NCBI RefSeq assembly: GCF_001194135.2
Contig: NC_068985.1
Span: forward strand, 26,966,552-27,030,551
Direction: 5' to 3'
Length of the DNA stretch: 64,000 nt
Source: Octopus bimaculoides
Taxonomy: Eukaryota
Shown here: one piece after another, positions 13,164 through 26,509 of the stretch
How the letters are laid out: every line of letters starts with the position of its first letter
Position numbering within the stretch: position 1 is the first letter of the stretch
Notes under the pieces: model-generated
What the model was told of the DNA's origin: nothing
Seen by the model: the letters and a program-made list of their open reading frames with translations, nothing else
Databases searched by the model: none
Program-made: the position numbers and the translations under genes

Positions 13164-13199
13164 CTTTCTGTCGAGGAGCGTAGGCTCGAAGCATCAAAG
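13164..13199 (+). ncRNA. Degenerate hammerhead motif in PLE-like terminal fragment (about 13110-13290)
   Basis: CTTT-CTGTCGA-G-GAGC GTAG GCTC-GAAG-CATC-AAAG. Stem I (4 bp) and stem II are intact. The core carries substitutions relative to CUGAnGA and GAAAC. Confidence 0.5.
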
Positions 13200-13322
13200 T
13201 CTTTTCCATTCTTCCTGAGCGTTCAACTAATACACCTGCTTGTTGTTCCGTTACCTACTTTTGTCTCTTGTTTTCTGTACATTTGAACCGTGTATGTGTG
13301 CCTGTATGTGAGTGAAATTGAG

Positions 13323-13470
13323 TGTGGAAGCGCGTGACCTTGTGATTGGGCTGTTCGACTCACAATCATAATGTAGTGAGTTCAGTTCTTGGATCGTACA
13401 ACGCACTGTGAAATTCAAGGAACTTTATTTCACATTGTTCCAGCTCGTTAGTACCAACAGAGTTTATGTG
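13323..13470 (+). mobile_element. Degenerate tRNA-derived SINE (family D) head
   Basis: GTGGAAGCGCGTGACCTTGTGATTGGGCTGTTCGACTC..GAGTTCAGTTC..ACTTTATTTCACATTGTTCCAG. A related minus-strand head is at about 32690-32790. Confidence 0.55.
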
Positions 13471-14229
13471 CAGTTCTTTTTTCCTTCCAGCCGCCATATC
13501 CTGGATGTGCCACTGGGTCAAAGGGTGAAGGAGAGTCGAAGGGGTGTCAGTGTCTGCTCGTGACTACACAGGCACTTAAAATTAGTAGCGAAAGTATGTT
13601 AAAATCAAGCCATATTCTTTCGCTGGTAACGCTTCTCTCTTTACGCACNNNNNNNNNNNNNNNNNNNNNNNNNNNNNNNNNNNNNNNNNNNNNNNNNNNN
13701 NNNNNNNNNNNNNNNNNNNNNNNNNNNNNNNNNNNNNNNNNNNNNNNNNNNNNNNNNNNNNNNNNNNNNNNNNNNNNNNNNNNNNNNNNNNNNNNNNNNN
13801 NNNNNNNNNNNNNNNNNNNNNNNNNNNNNNNNNNNNNNNNNNNNNNNNNNNNNNNNNNNNNNNNNNNNNNNNNNNNNNNNNNNNNNNNNNNNNNNNNNNN
13901 NNNNNNNNNNNNNNNNNNNNNNNNNNNNNNNNNNNNNNNNNNNNNNNNNNNNNNNNNNNNNNNNNNNNNNNNNNNNNNNNNNNNNNNNNNNNNNNNNNNN
14001 NNNNNNNNNNNNNNNNNNNNNNNNNNNNNNNNNNNNNNNNNNNNNNNNNNNNNNNNNNNNNNNNNNNNNNNNNNNNNNNNNNNNNNNNNNNNNNNNNNNN
14101 NNNNNNNNNNNNNNNNNNNNNNNNNNNNNNNNNNNNNNNNNNNNNNNNNNNNNNNNNNNNNNNNNNNNNNNNNNNNNNNNNNNNNNNNNNNNNNNNNNNN
14201 NNNNNNNNNNNNNNNNNNNNNNNNNNNNN

Positions 14230-14264
<35 letters not shown>

Positions 14265-14478
14265 TTGTGTGTCTGTGTTTGTCCCTCCCAACATCGCTTG
14301 ACAACCGATGCTGGTGTGTTTACGTCCCCGTAACTTAGCAGTTTGGCAAAAGAGACTGATAGAATAAGTACTACGCTTCCAAAGGATAAGTCCTGGGGTC
14401 GATTTGCTCGACTAAAGGCGGTGCTCCAACATGGCCACAGTCAAATGACTGAAACAAGTAAAAGAGTAAAAGAGTAAG
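14230..14478 (+). mobile_element. SINE family B 3' half
   Basis: (TG)n followed by the canonical family B tail ending GTAAAAGAGTAAAAGAG. Confidence 0.9.
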
Positions 14479-15368
14479 CTATAAGACCCAACTGAAACTC
14501 TAACGTACCTCACAAACTCGGCTCGCCGGGTACTTACCTTTACTCAACACTGTTGTACATACATATACATGCATCTACGTCTTTAGTTATACATGCGATC
14601 TGATGTTCACTTCTTCATGAATTCTGACAGATTATAATGCAAAGAGTAAAGCATAATGTAAAGATTAAATTGAGTTGTTTACTGATAATACGGATTGAAA
14701 TCATATTTCTTAAAACAACCGAGATAAAATACCAAAAACAGATATGGATATCAATGAATATAATATTTGCAAAGGAGAGTAAGGTACCCACGTCAAAACA
14801 CTATGAACTAACAACAGCAGTTGCTTGTTCATGGAACCACTTCGCTGGTTCTGTGCATGTGATGAGAATCTTAAATGGACCGGGGGCACAGTTTTGCATA
14901 CACGACACCTTTAGAATATAGTACAGTACTCGACATACAACAGACCAACCACAAGTTCTGCGAAAGTATTTCCCGATTATGGTGGGGGAGTGTAGATGCG
15001 GTAGTGTCTTTATCTTTAGAATATGTCTTTTGTTAGACTTGTATAATAATTACTAAAATCGTGTGATTCAGCTCATAAAATCTTAGATAACGTTTCTTTT
15101 TTCATTATCCCAAAGTTTGACTTATTAACTCCATTATTCCTTTACATACTTAAAATTGGTTGATGGAATGCACTCAAAAATCTTGAGTAGATGAAAAGTA
15201 TCAAATATCTCTTTACTACATGTAAAAAGTCAAATTGCAAAGAAACCTTGATTTTATATCAACGTTCACTTGACGTACAGTCCATTGACATGGGCTTCTA
15301 TAACTATACATTAAAAAATAGAAGCATCCCCAATATTTTGCAAATCAATTTCCGATCCTAACAGACAT

Positions 15369-15759
15369 GTTGTTGTTGTTGGCACTCTGTCGCTTACGAC
15401 GTCGAGGGTTCCAGTTGATCCGATCAATGGAACAGCTTGCTCGTGAAATTAACGTGCAAGTGGCTGAGCACTCCACAGACACGTGTACCCTTAACGTAGT
15501 TCTCGGGAATAGTCAGCGTGACACAGCGTGACAAGGCTGACCCTTTGAATTACAGGCACAACAGAAACAGGAAGTAAGAGTGAGAGAAAGTTGTGGTGAG
15601 AGAGTACAGCAGGGTTCGCCACCATCCCCTGCCGGAGCCTCGTGGAACTTTAGGTGTTTTCGCTCAATAAACACTCACAACGCCCGGTCTGGGAATCGAA
15701 ACCGCGATCCTATGACCGCAAGTCCGCTGCCCTAACCACTGGGCCATTGCGCCTCCACA
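15369..15759 (-). mobile_element. Complete young SINE family C with 11-bp TSD
   Basis: Head with A box TGGCCCAGTGG and B box GGTTTCGATTCC, (CAA)n tail, and flanking direct repeat CTAACAGACAT at 15358-15368 and 15760-15770. Confidence 0.93.
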
Positions 15760-16392
15760 CTAACAGACATATATCGGTAGGTATAAACTCCAGCTTAGCC
15801 AGACGTGGGAAGGGTTTGTATGGTTTGAATTCGAACCTATAAGTTGCAAGTACTAATTTAACCATTCAGTTAGTTTGTCTCATCAGACATGGGTAGGTCA
15901 TCTGTGGGTTTTTTTTTCCATTTATTTTTGTTGATGCAGGACCATTTCGTAAATCTGTTACTCATTCTATAAAGTATCATTTTCATTTGATAATTTCGTC
16001 AATCAATTGTTGGCGGAGAAAATAGTGAAGCTCTGCCAGCAGGATGTTAAAATATCGTAGACCACACAAACTGCAATGAATCTGTTGTAGTTACTTGACG
16101 TTGCTACCCACCGAGGCAAACGTTGCACCCGATTAGAAAAGAGCCTACCGTCCCAAATCGACCCCCCAGAAAGATAGGTTGTTCAGTTAAATAACCAGAT
16201 TTCCATGTGAAGAAACTAAACATTTAAGTGTGTCATCAGTTCGCTTACACACTGCGTACTTGTTGCATGTCCCCGTCTCGGGGAAGAAAATCTAAAAAGA
16301 TTTTTTGTTGTTTATTTCTTATAAAAAGAAAAGAGTGTTGTGTATTTCGTGCTGGTAGTTTGGTATATCAAGAAACCACAGACATAAAATAC

Positions 16393-16527
16393 TTGCCGTA
16401 CAAAGCTGCTTGACAGTATCACCACTGCGTGTGGCTTCACTGATCCGGCGGGTTTTATGAAGTGGATGATCGATCGAGTATTCAAGGCATTGCTTTTTAC
16501 GATGAGACAACCAATATTTATCATTAT
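16393..16527 (-). CDS. Possible 135-nt internal exon of an unidentified host gene
   Basis: Acceptor CTTCTCCTTAG and donor GCAA|GTATTT. Length is a multiple of 3 and two frames are open, e.g. DNDKYWLSHRKKQCLEYSIDHPLHKTRRISEATRSGDTVKQLCTA. No family recognised. Confidence 0.2.
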
Positions 16528-17544
16528 CTAAGGAGAAGTTTCGCCCATACATCATTAGAATAGCAACGAAAATATCTCTCGCAGAGTTTTCTTTATGACA
16601 ACATCGAGAATCTAATCTTCTGACGGAGAGATAATGTTTTCGCGATTGTACAAATTAAGTTCAGTAAATTGTTGTAGAAATAGTACGAAATTTACGATAT
16701 AATAACTTTGAAGTAGATAGGGAAATGTATACTTGATAAATAAAAGTCAATAAATATGTCAGATGTCGCGAAGGTTTGATAAACGGCATATTTTTACTAT
16801 CAGAAAACAACCCAATAAAGCAAGCAAAAATAAATCATAACTCCTTTTTTTTTTCTGGTATCTTTCTTTTATATTGTTTTCTGTGAGTTTGGCACGATAT
16901 ACGTATCGATGACAATATCAAGTGATTCTTGTGAGTGCGTATTTTTATAGAGGGACATTATTCATAAGGCTTTCTCTCTCCCACTCTCTCTTTTTATGTA
17001 CAGTAGGTTTATCTTCCTACGTATACTTGCGCATGCGCGCGCTTTCATACACACACTCATTCACTCATCATGCACACGCACACAAACACACACACACGCA
17101 CACATGTATTGCGTGTGCTATGTACGAAGTTTGATAGAATTCATCCTTCTGAAAGATATTAACAAGAAATCGAGTTTCGTAGTTGGTACCTAGAAAACTT
17201 CACAGTGTAGGAAGAATATTAGTGTATTTTGAGACATATGGAGGAAATGGAATAAAGGCTAATGATGTTTCTTCACGAACATAACCACCGTTAAGGAAAT
17301 GAATTTGCTGGAACGGAGACTGAAAACTAACACGCTTGTCTACTTTACCATAGTTGCTTCGCCGTTTGATCTACAATATATCAGACAAAATGAAATGCTG
17401 CTTTACTTATTAAATATCCTGAGAACACTGATGACTGAGTGATATCAAATAACTAACGGTAGGTCGGTGGTTTCTATCATACCACCGGCTCTGTGTTGTA
17501 CCTCCGTGATCAACTCACAGGGTTTAGTGAATTTATTAATCCAC

Positions 17545-17638
17545 TTTGATACTTATTCTGTCTGTTACTTTTGCCGAGCCACTAAGCTACAGGGACGTAA
17601 ACAAATCAACATCGGTTGTCACGGTATGGAACAAACAC

Positions 17639-17693
<55 letters not shown>

Positions 17694-17734
17694 CGTGTAC
17701 CTATACGACGGGCTTCAACGCAGTTTCCGTCAAC
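17545..17734 (-). mobile_element. SINE family B partial copy
   Basis: Tail and internal (TG)n match family B. Runs into an N gap. Confidence 0.8.
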
Positions 17735-18450
17735 NNNNNNNNNNNNNNNNNNNNNNNNNNNNNNNNNNNNNNNNNNNNNNNNNNNNNNNNNNNNNNNNNN
17801 NNNNNNNNNNNNNNNNNNNNNNNNNNNNNNNNNNNNNNNNNNNNNNNNNNNNNNNNNNNNNNNNNNNNNNNNNNNNNNNNNNNNNNNNNNNNNNNNNNNN
17901 NNNNNNNNNNNNNNNNNNNNNNNNNNNNNNNNNNNNNNNNNNNNNNNNNNNNNNNNNNNNNNNNNNNNNNNNNNNNNNNNNNNNNNNNNNNNNNNNNNNN
18001 NNNNNNNNNNNNNNNNNNNNNNNNNNNNNNNNNNNNNNNNNNNNNNNNNNNNNNNNNNNNNNNNNNNNNNNNNNNNNNNNNNNNNNNNNNNNNNNNNNNN
18101 NNNNNNNNNNNNNNNNNNNNNNNNNNNNNNNNNNNNNNNNNNNNNNNNNNNNNNNNNNNNNNNNNNNNNNNNNNNNNNNNNNNNNNNNNNNNNNNNNNNN
18201 NNNNNNNNNNNNNNNNNNNNNNNNNNNNNNNNNNNNNNNNNNNNNNNNNNNNNNNNNNNNNNNNNNNNNNNNNNNNNNNNNNNNNNNNNNNNNNNNNNNN
18301 NNNNNNNNNNNNNNNNNNNNNNNNNNNNNNNNNNNNNNNNNNNNNNNNNNNNNNNNNNNNNNNNNNNNNNNNNNNNNNNNNNNNNNNNNNNNNNNNNNNN
18401 NNNNNNNNNNNNNNNNNNNNNNNNNNNNNNNNNNNNNNNNNNNNNNNNNN

Positions 18451-18768
18451 CGGGTGTTGTGAGTGTTTATTGAGCGAAAACACCTAAAGCTCCACGAGGC
18501 TCCGGCAGGGGATGGTGGCGAACCCTGCTGTACTCTTCCACTACAACTTTCTCTCACTCTTGCTTCCTGTTTCTGTTGTGCCTGTAATTCAAAGGGTCAG
18601 CCTTGTCACACTGTGTCACGCTGAATATTCCCAAGAACTACGTTAAGGGTACACGTGTCTGTGGAATGCTCAGCCACTTGCACGTTAATTTCACGAGCAG
18701 GCTGTTCCGTTGATCGGATCAACTGGAACCCTCGACGTCGTAAGCGACGGAGTGCCAACAACAACAAC
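18451..18768 (+). mobile_element. SINE family C copy (head lost in gap)
   Basis: About 13 mismatches in about 318 bp versus the reverse complement of 15369-15686. Ends in (CAA)n. Confidence 0.92.
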
Positions 18769-19747
18769 CCTCTCCACAAACATTCGTGAAAGTATCATAA
18801 TTTGAGAAATAAAAACGTATTTCTTTATTTCTTTATTTATTCATACACTTAAGGTGTTAAACGATGAGAAATTTATATTATGTAACTAAAGGGCATGACT
18901 ATCTTGACTAAAGGACATATTTAATTACGTCCCTCAATATTCAGAGTTCAAATGTCTTTATATTCAAGATCGAGATCGATAAAGAAATATACGATACAGT
19001 GAGGCACATCCAGTCAGTTATATCTTTCTTTCAACAAATTTGTGGTCTTGTAATTCGGTAAAATAAGCCAGTGTTGATTTATTTAACTCTGTAGGTAACT
19101 TGTCAGGTAAGATAATGTTATCTACGAAGCTGAAGTAAATGAATTGTAAATGTACTTATTTGTGACTCTCTAAATAAGACATACTTTTGGATGGTTTAGT
19201 ATCTATGCGTGTATAAGAGAAAGAGAGAGAACTAGAGAGAAAGAGAAAACCAACGAGAGGGAAAGAGAGAGAAGAGAAAGCAAAGAGATGTTGGAGAGAA
19301 AAAAGAGAGCGTGTGTAAGTATAATTGTGCCTGATTAAGTACCTGTCATTGCTCGCAGGTGTTGCTTATGAAATCCAATGTTTACGCTTTATACTAGAAA
19401 TTGGGTGATGTAGATAGTATCCCCTTCTTATGTAAAACTGAATAGAACTGTCTGATTCCGTTTAATATTTCTGCTAGAATGAATTAATGTTTAAAACGTG
19501 TGATCATATCAACAGACACGCGTCGGATTCACAGAAACTGTTGAAAACAATATGTCTGCCAGTTGAGAGAAATATTCAATGTTATAAGAGAAGGGTATTT
19601 CGACAGTGTGTAGTTTTAAACGCTTCTAATACGTGCCAAGTGGTTTGTAATATCTCTCTGTACAAGCAATACTTAGAATGTATCTTTCATTGTATCAGAC
19701 TTCAGTCGACACTGGATTTCTAACGAATCACTGAAATAATTTTCAGC

Positions 19748-19789
<42 letters not shown>

Positions 19790-20719
19790 CCTTTTTGTAA
19801 AGTGGACGTCATTTTCTTTTCACTCTGTTTTGTAATGTTTTTAAGACTAATTCTTTCTTCTTTTTTTTTCTCTCTAACTACATCTACGAATACTGCATTC
19901 GACATCTATCTGTTAACAAGTGGTATTAGAATCTCAAACTTTATTGGTATTATAATTATCCCTAGGTGCTGCTAGCAACCAAATTTTCTTCGAATCACAT
20001 CTTGCTATCTGTTATGGTCCGAACATCGATGTTTCTTCACTTTGAGCTCTCTGAGGTTAAACAATAGCAATAACTCTCCTTGTCGTAACACCAGTACACT
20101 CCTAAAATCATTTACGCCAGAAAGAATATATCGTTATCACAACCAGCATAGCCTCAATGCGTGTGTATCCTCTCTTTATTTACTCTTGAATAAGGGGTTA
20201 ACTTAATTACAATATCCTTCGATCTTATTCAATTTTTTTTCCTTGAAAATACAATTATCTTTCTCCGTCTATTGCAGACTAGTATTTCAAATATTACAGC
20301 AGTCTGTCAACCAGAAATTCAATCGTCCTCCTTATTGAATTATCAATAACCATTTGCTATACTTGTTCATCTCGCTTTGACCGTGTTGTAAAGAACTGGT
20401 AGGTAAACGCGAGAACGTAGATGTCTCATCCCATCTGTAATAGATTGTACTTCTTCAGATATATCCATACAAATACATGGGACATCTGCAAGTCTACAAA
20501 CATATCTAAATGATTCTGAAACAACTACCGAGGTAAATAGTAGCAATCTTCAGTAAACAGTTACAATCTTCCATATACTTCACCGTCTAATGCTATTTCG
20601 GAAAGACCAATAAACAGTCTAGACAATGAATAAATAATAGTTTGAAACTATATATGAATAGAGACGATTGTGTGTGTATGTGTGTGTGTGTATTGTGTGT
20701 GTGAGAGAGAGAGAGTGAA

Positions 20720-20795
<76 letters not shown>

Positions 20796-20837
20796 GAAAC
20801 TGAATTCATACCTATTACTCAGTAGACATCTTTAATT

Positions 20838-21012
20838 AAGGCAGTGAGCTGGCAGAATCGTTAGCACGCCGGGCAAAAAGCTGAGCAGCATTTCGTCCGT
20901 TTTTACGTTCTGAGTTCAAGTTCCGCCAAGGTTGACTTTGCCTTTCATCCTTCCGAGGTCGGTAAAATAAGTACTAGTTGAGCACTGGAGTCGATGTAAT
21001 CGACTTAGTCCC
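20838..21012 (+). mobile_element. SINE family A copy
   Basis: AAGGCAGTGAGCTGGCAGAATCGTTAGC...GCCTTTCATCCTTCCGAGGTCGGTAAAATAAGTAC. Confidence 0.9.
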
Positions 21013-21371
21013 TGGGGTAATAATGACATACATACATACACATGATGAACTTCCACATAGCTTCCGTCAATCAGATTTATTAATAATACTTTGGTCCGCC
21101 CGGGGCTATAGTAAAAGTCTATAGTATAGTCCAAGGTGCTGCTCATCAAACTTGTTAGCCAAAAGTAGATATATATGTCTTATGATCAGCAATATTGGTT
21201 TCACCATACAAGCAATATCAGTTGTCTATCGTGGTGTGAATGAGAGATAGCTGTAGTTATTGTGACAAAGCTGGGCTCTAGTACTAGGGGCGAATTGCAA
21301 GTGAATAAGATGTGACAACGAAACCTTAATTTTAAAATTTATTGGAAAATTACTGTTTTGTTTTTAGGAAA

Positions 21372-21423
<52 letters not shown>

Positions 21424-21599
21424 TGTATGTATGTATGTATATATCTGGACGAATACCGCAGCAAATTACCTTTCAAAGATGTATTGACGTTAAATGATAC
21501 ATATATGATACATATATGCTTCTATCGCATATAACGTGTATATATATACATGTATACACACATATATGTACATACTCACATCTACATGTGTATATACAT

Positions 21600-21884
21600 G
21601 CATATCAGGGTACAGGACGTTAGAACAATAAACTACAGACAACGGAACGAACACATAGGAAAACGGAAAGCCCCTTGGAATATCCCTTCATCAGCTGTCT
21701 CTATTCTATCTAGACGTTTCGAAGACCAGACAGGACGTACTCTAGAATAGTCTCTTCCTGAGTAGTGGATCAACTAACTACACAGAGGATTCCAAGGTGG
21801 CAAACACAAACCAAGACAGGAAAAAATGGACAGTGAAAACAACATTCAAAAGCCGTACGGCCAAACGCAAATCTGAGGTAGAAC
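21600..21884. mobile_element. Unclassified repeat, possibly PLE terminal sequence
   Basis: Complex segment embedded in (TA)n. The minus strand carries CTGATGA and GAAACGTC, but not in a foldable hammerhead order. Confidence 0.35.
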
Positions 21885-22128
21885 NNNNNNNNNNNNNNNN
21901 NNNNNNNNNNNNNNNNNNNNNNNNNNNNNNNNNNNNNNNNNNNNNNNNNNNNNNNNNNNNNNNNNNNNNNNNNNNNNNNNNNNNNNNNNNNNNNNNNNNN
22001 NNNNNNNNNNNNNNNNNNNNNNNNNNNNNNNNNNNNNNNNNNNNNNNNNNNNNNNNNNNNNNNNNNNNNNNNNNNNNNNNNNNNNNNNNNNNNNNNNNNN
22101 NNNNNNNNNNNNNNNNNNNNNNNNNNNN

Positions 22129-22182
<54 letters not shown>

Positions 22183-22374
22183 TTGAATAGCTTTCCTACA
22201 AATGGTTTCAAATTTTATTGCGGAAGAAATTATAACCTTTGCCATCTATGATAACTCTTTTCTCAGCCCAGGGTTGTGAGATTGAGCTTCAAATAACTGG
22301 TCATACTACGTTTGGACTACGCGCTATTCTTTTCTCGCCTTCTTTTTCTCCCTCTTGCCCCCTCTCTCTCTCTC

Positions 22375-22408
<34 letters not shown>

Positions 22409-23828
22409 GCTCAATCACTCACTCACTCACACTTTCTTTCTCTCTTTTTCTCGCTATCTCTCTCTCTCTTTCGCTTTCTCTCTTCTGTCCAAAATAGGGC
22501 TACTCGCTATTTAAAAATTTTAATTTGATCACAGGTCTACTCAGTCAGGGCTGGTTGACACCTAAACAATCTTTAACTTATAGATAAGACTAACTGCATG
22601 ATAGGGTTTTTGTTTTCTACTCATGAGCATTCGTTAATGGTGAAAATAATAAATGGTAAGTCCTGACCTCCATACCTTTTCGAAAAGCATTGATGATTAT
22701 CCTGAGTGAAAACTTTCACTTGAGAACCGAGATTGTCTCGCCGAGATTTAACTACCTAAATCTACCGAGTAATTTCATTCTCACATCATACCTCATCATG
22801 TGTAAATACAAGGGAGAACGGGAGACAGGATGTGTGATTGTTTCTAACATAAGCGCAAGATCAGACATTGGGGATTAGTGGATTAGTCGATTGAATCAAC
22901 ATCAGTATATGACTGACACTAGTTTATCGATCCAGAGGTAGAGTTATGAAAATAATACCGAGGATGAATAATAAACAAGGACTGAGTAATGAAAGAAGAA
23001 ACCTTCCAGGATGTGCTATACTTTATCCTAAAGGAAAATCGAAAAATCGAATCTGGCAATAGGATGTAGGGATGGACGGAACTAGAAACTTTAATGCTTT
23101 TTAGTTTGATGATCCAGAGTTTCTGATCGTTTACCACCTTCACTCTATAACTGTATCAAGAAGTCGGAAATAAAGTGTTGCGTATGAATATATGTATTGT
23201 TTGCTTATATGAATTAATCAGAACGGAAATATTGCACGCATGCATTTGTCTCCAGGGCTTCTTAGTCTAATGTAATCTTCTTTCTAAGACGGACGGTGTG
23301 TAAGTTGAAAGAGTTTTCACTACAATATTTAACAAGTCGGCAATCGCAAAAGAAGAGTTTCTTAAGCCAATGATTCTTAACTATTTATGTTCTATGACCC
23401 CATTAAAGTTATGGAAAGCACTCACACTTAGCAGCCACTAACACAAAATGTTGTATACCTGTAGTCTATAGGTCTGCCAGTCGCTTCGTTTTGTGGGTCA
23501 GCTATAACGCAGCTACTACTCTAAACGCATTGCGTTAATGTCCGTCGAGGTTATCATTTGCCTTTCATTCTTCCAGGGATATAGAAAATAAGTACCAGTA
23601 ATAAACTGGATTCCAGTCAGTCACTGTGCTCAGCGTTTACAAAACTCAGTTATGAGTCTGTTCACGCAAAATCAATAATTTTGACTTCCCTAAATTATCC
23701 GCCAACACCGCACTCCAACCATTTTCAAAGAACATCTTGTATGATGCTCTCCTTCCTGGTTAAATACGAATTGGTCCAATCAAGCCTTTTTGGTTCTGAC
23801 TTTGGTCGAGCACAGCAGCAACATTTTG

Positions 23829-24188
23829 GGATCTTTCTGATTTGGCGAGCACCATTTTTTATTTATGTTTTATTTAGTGTGTTTTCTACCGAAACACTTT
23901 AAAACTTCGTATACTTGTATATTTTGTCTTATAGAACAGAGAAAAAAATTTTATATTCGAAGTTATTTCATGTTAAAAGTTGTCGTATTTCGGTAATTTC
24001 AACCAATCGGTGATTGGTTGAAATTACCGAAATACGACAATTTTAACACGAAATAACTTTAAAAAGATAAATTTTTCTCAATAACACTAAGAGTAAAAGA
24101 TGTTTTATATGACACATTCTACCAATGTCCCAAGTTTGAAAGTGTTTCGTTAAGAAAACAAGTGGCGCCCGCCAAATCAGAAAGATCC
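23829..24188. mobile_element. 360-bp fold-back MITE with 8-bp TSD
   Basis: Perfect 19-bp TIR GGATCTTTCTGATTTGGCG. TSD ACATTTTG at 23821-28 and 24189-96. Central hairpin 23960-24059 with about 49-bp arms and a 3-nt loop. Confidence 0.92.
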
Positions 24189-24795
24189 ACATTTTGCAGT
24201 GTTTAGTGCCGTCGCTGCAATTCGAGGTGCAAAAATCTGCTTCAATGAACTCAGTCCGAGTGTAAGCTAGAACGATGATGATGATAATGATGATGTTCCG
24301 CCGAAATTAACTTCGTTTTTTATCCCTCCAAAGCCGATAAAGATACGTATGTATCATAAACATACTGGCCCCATTCAGACGACTAATGTTCAAGGTTTAC
24401 AGAAACAGGACTTCAATCTGTTCAGTAGACGAGAGATTACAATTTGCTCTGTCAATATTTATATTTTCTTTAATAATGTCGATAGTGATGTATCAGTCTG
24501 CTTAGTTCTTGATATTTGATCAACACTGGTCGTCTGCAAACGCGTGCGCGCGTGTGTGTACGTGCGCGATCTGAATATGTTGATAATAAAATACAAAAAA
24601 TAAGGCGTGTAGGGAAACAAAAACAGGAAACTTCACTACAATGTGACATTAATGTTAATGCATTATAAAGATCTAATAAAGTGATAAACATTGCTTACAC
24701 ACATTCACTGCTAATGCGCGATCTTTATACACACACAGACGCACACACGAGTACACACACACACACACACATACATACATACATACATACATACA

Positions 24796-24826
<31 letters not shown>

Positions 24827-25134
24827 GTACGTACGTACGTGTCTTTCTTAACCAGTTTGTATAACTGTCCTTTATATTCCTCCCTCTCCAGCTTCCGTTT
24901 TCTTTCTCTCAATCCGACTATACAAACATTTCTGAGCCTTTCAAAATATCTCGAGGCACGTTTAAGCGTGTGTGTATGTAAGCATATATACATACATATG
25001 TGTGAACGCTTATATGGGAGTGGTATTTTTGTCTTGTAGTTTATAACCTAGTTAAGTATCAGAGAGGAAATTAAACAGAATTACTAGCCCCCCTCTTTTC
25101 ATACAATTTTTCTTTAGTAATGATTAAATCTTCT

Positions 25135-25380
25135 ATCTTTTATTTTTGTTTGTTTCATAGTCATTTGACTGCGGCCATGCTGGGGCACCGCCTTGAAGGG
25201 TTTTAGACGAACAACTCGACCACAGTACTTCTTTATATTTTTATATCCTGGTACTTATTCTATTGGTCTCCTTTTGCCGAACCACTAAGTCACGGGAACG
25301 TAAACTCACCAACACAGGTTGTCAAGCGGTGACAGGGGACAAACACAGACATATATACATATGCATACATACACAGAGAT

Positions 25381-25451
<71 letters not shown>

Positions 25452-25659
25452 CGACGAGCTTCTTTCAGTTTCCATCAACCAAATCCACTCACAAGGGTTA
25501 CTATTATGGCCCATTTTGACAAATCAATAATCCCCCACCGGTTGTCATGCGGTGTGGAGGACAAACAAACACACACANNNNNNNNNNNNNNNNNNNNNNN
25601 NNNNNNNNNNNNNNNNNNNNNNNNNNNNNNNNNNNNNNNNNNNNNNNNNNNNNNNNNNN

Positions 25660-25728
<69 letters not shown>

Positions 25729-25780
25729 CGATGAACTTCTTTTAGTTTCCGTCTACCAAATCCACCCACAAGACTTTGGG
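25135..25780 (-). mobile_element. Two adjacent SINE family B copies
   Basis: Family B tail and internal motifs at about 25135-25500, and a second partial copy at about 25545-25780 across a gap. Confidence 0.8.
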
Positions 25781-26284
25781 TGTTTTTCTTTATTAGCTAC
25801 AAGAGCTCAAAGAAGATTATAAAAAAATACAACCAACGTTGTTACAGAATATAAGACTTGAAAAACGTAGCTCGACAAAGTTGTATAAAAGCGAAGGAAG
25901 AGTGAAGTAAACCAGATATAAATGTAAAATGAAATAATGCACACAATAATTAAACAGGACGTTACTTAATTTTGAAAAGCGTGTAAAACATTTTCGTTTA
26001 CTCGCCCTAACACGGCTCGGAACAATATGGCCAGTTTTGGTCGGTGCCTACTACAACTCTGCCCTTCCATCATTCTTTGTAGAGTTCTGGTGTACTCAAA
26101 GACACTTGTTAGAATTTTGGAGCTTGGGTAGGTTAGGCGTAGCCCAATGTGCTTGGGTACTTTACCGTAGCTATATTTTCGAGATGAGCACTTTATAATA
26201 CGCTGACGTTCGCATGTTTAAAAGCGTCTTCCGAAAACATTTCACCTAAAATTTCGGAAGATGTTTTAATATACACCTCTACGA

Positions 26285-26505
26285 AAGCGGCGAGCTGGCA
26301 GAACTGTTAGCATGTTGGGCAAAATAATGCTTCGCCGCATCACGTCCGTCTTTGCGTTCGGAGATTAAATTCAGCCGAGTTCGACTTCACTTTTTATCCT
26401 TTCAGAGTTGATAAAATAAGTACCGATTGAGCACTGGGATCGATGTAATCGACTTATCCCATCCCCCGAATTTGCTGGCCTTCTGCCAACATTTAAAACC
26501 AATAT
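26285..26505 (+). mobile_element. SINE family A copy
   Basis: Full head, central domain and tail (...GCTGGCCTTCTGCCAACATTTAAAACCAAT). Confidence 0.88.
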
Positions 26506-26509
26506 ATAT

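Noticed and set aside
15685-15759. tRNA gene
   Set aside because: A and B boxes are present, but there is no closed cloverleaf or acceptor stem and it continues into a SINE body with a TSD. The same applies to the family A, B and D heads.
20278-20402. Exon with strong acceptor and donor
   Set aside because: All three frames contain stops. It cannot be supported as coding and there is no evidence for a non-coding exon.
21665-21760. Minus-strand GAAACGTC ... CTGATGAAGGG as a hammerhead
   Set aside because: The motifs are in permuted order and the intervening sequence cannot form stem I. No valid type I, II or III fold was found by eye.
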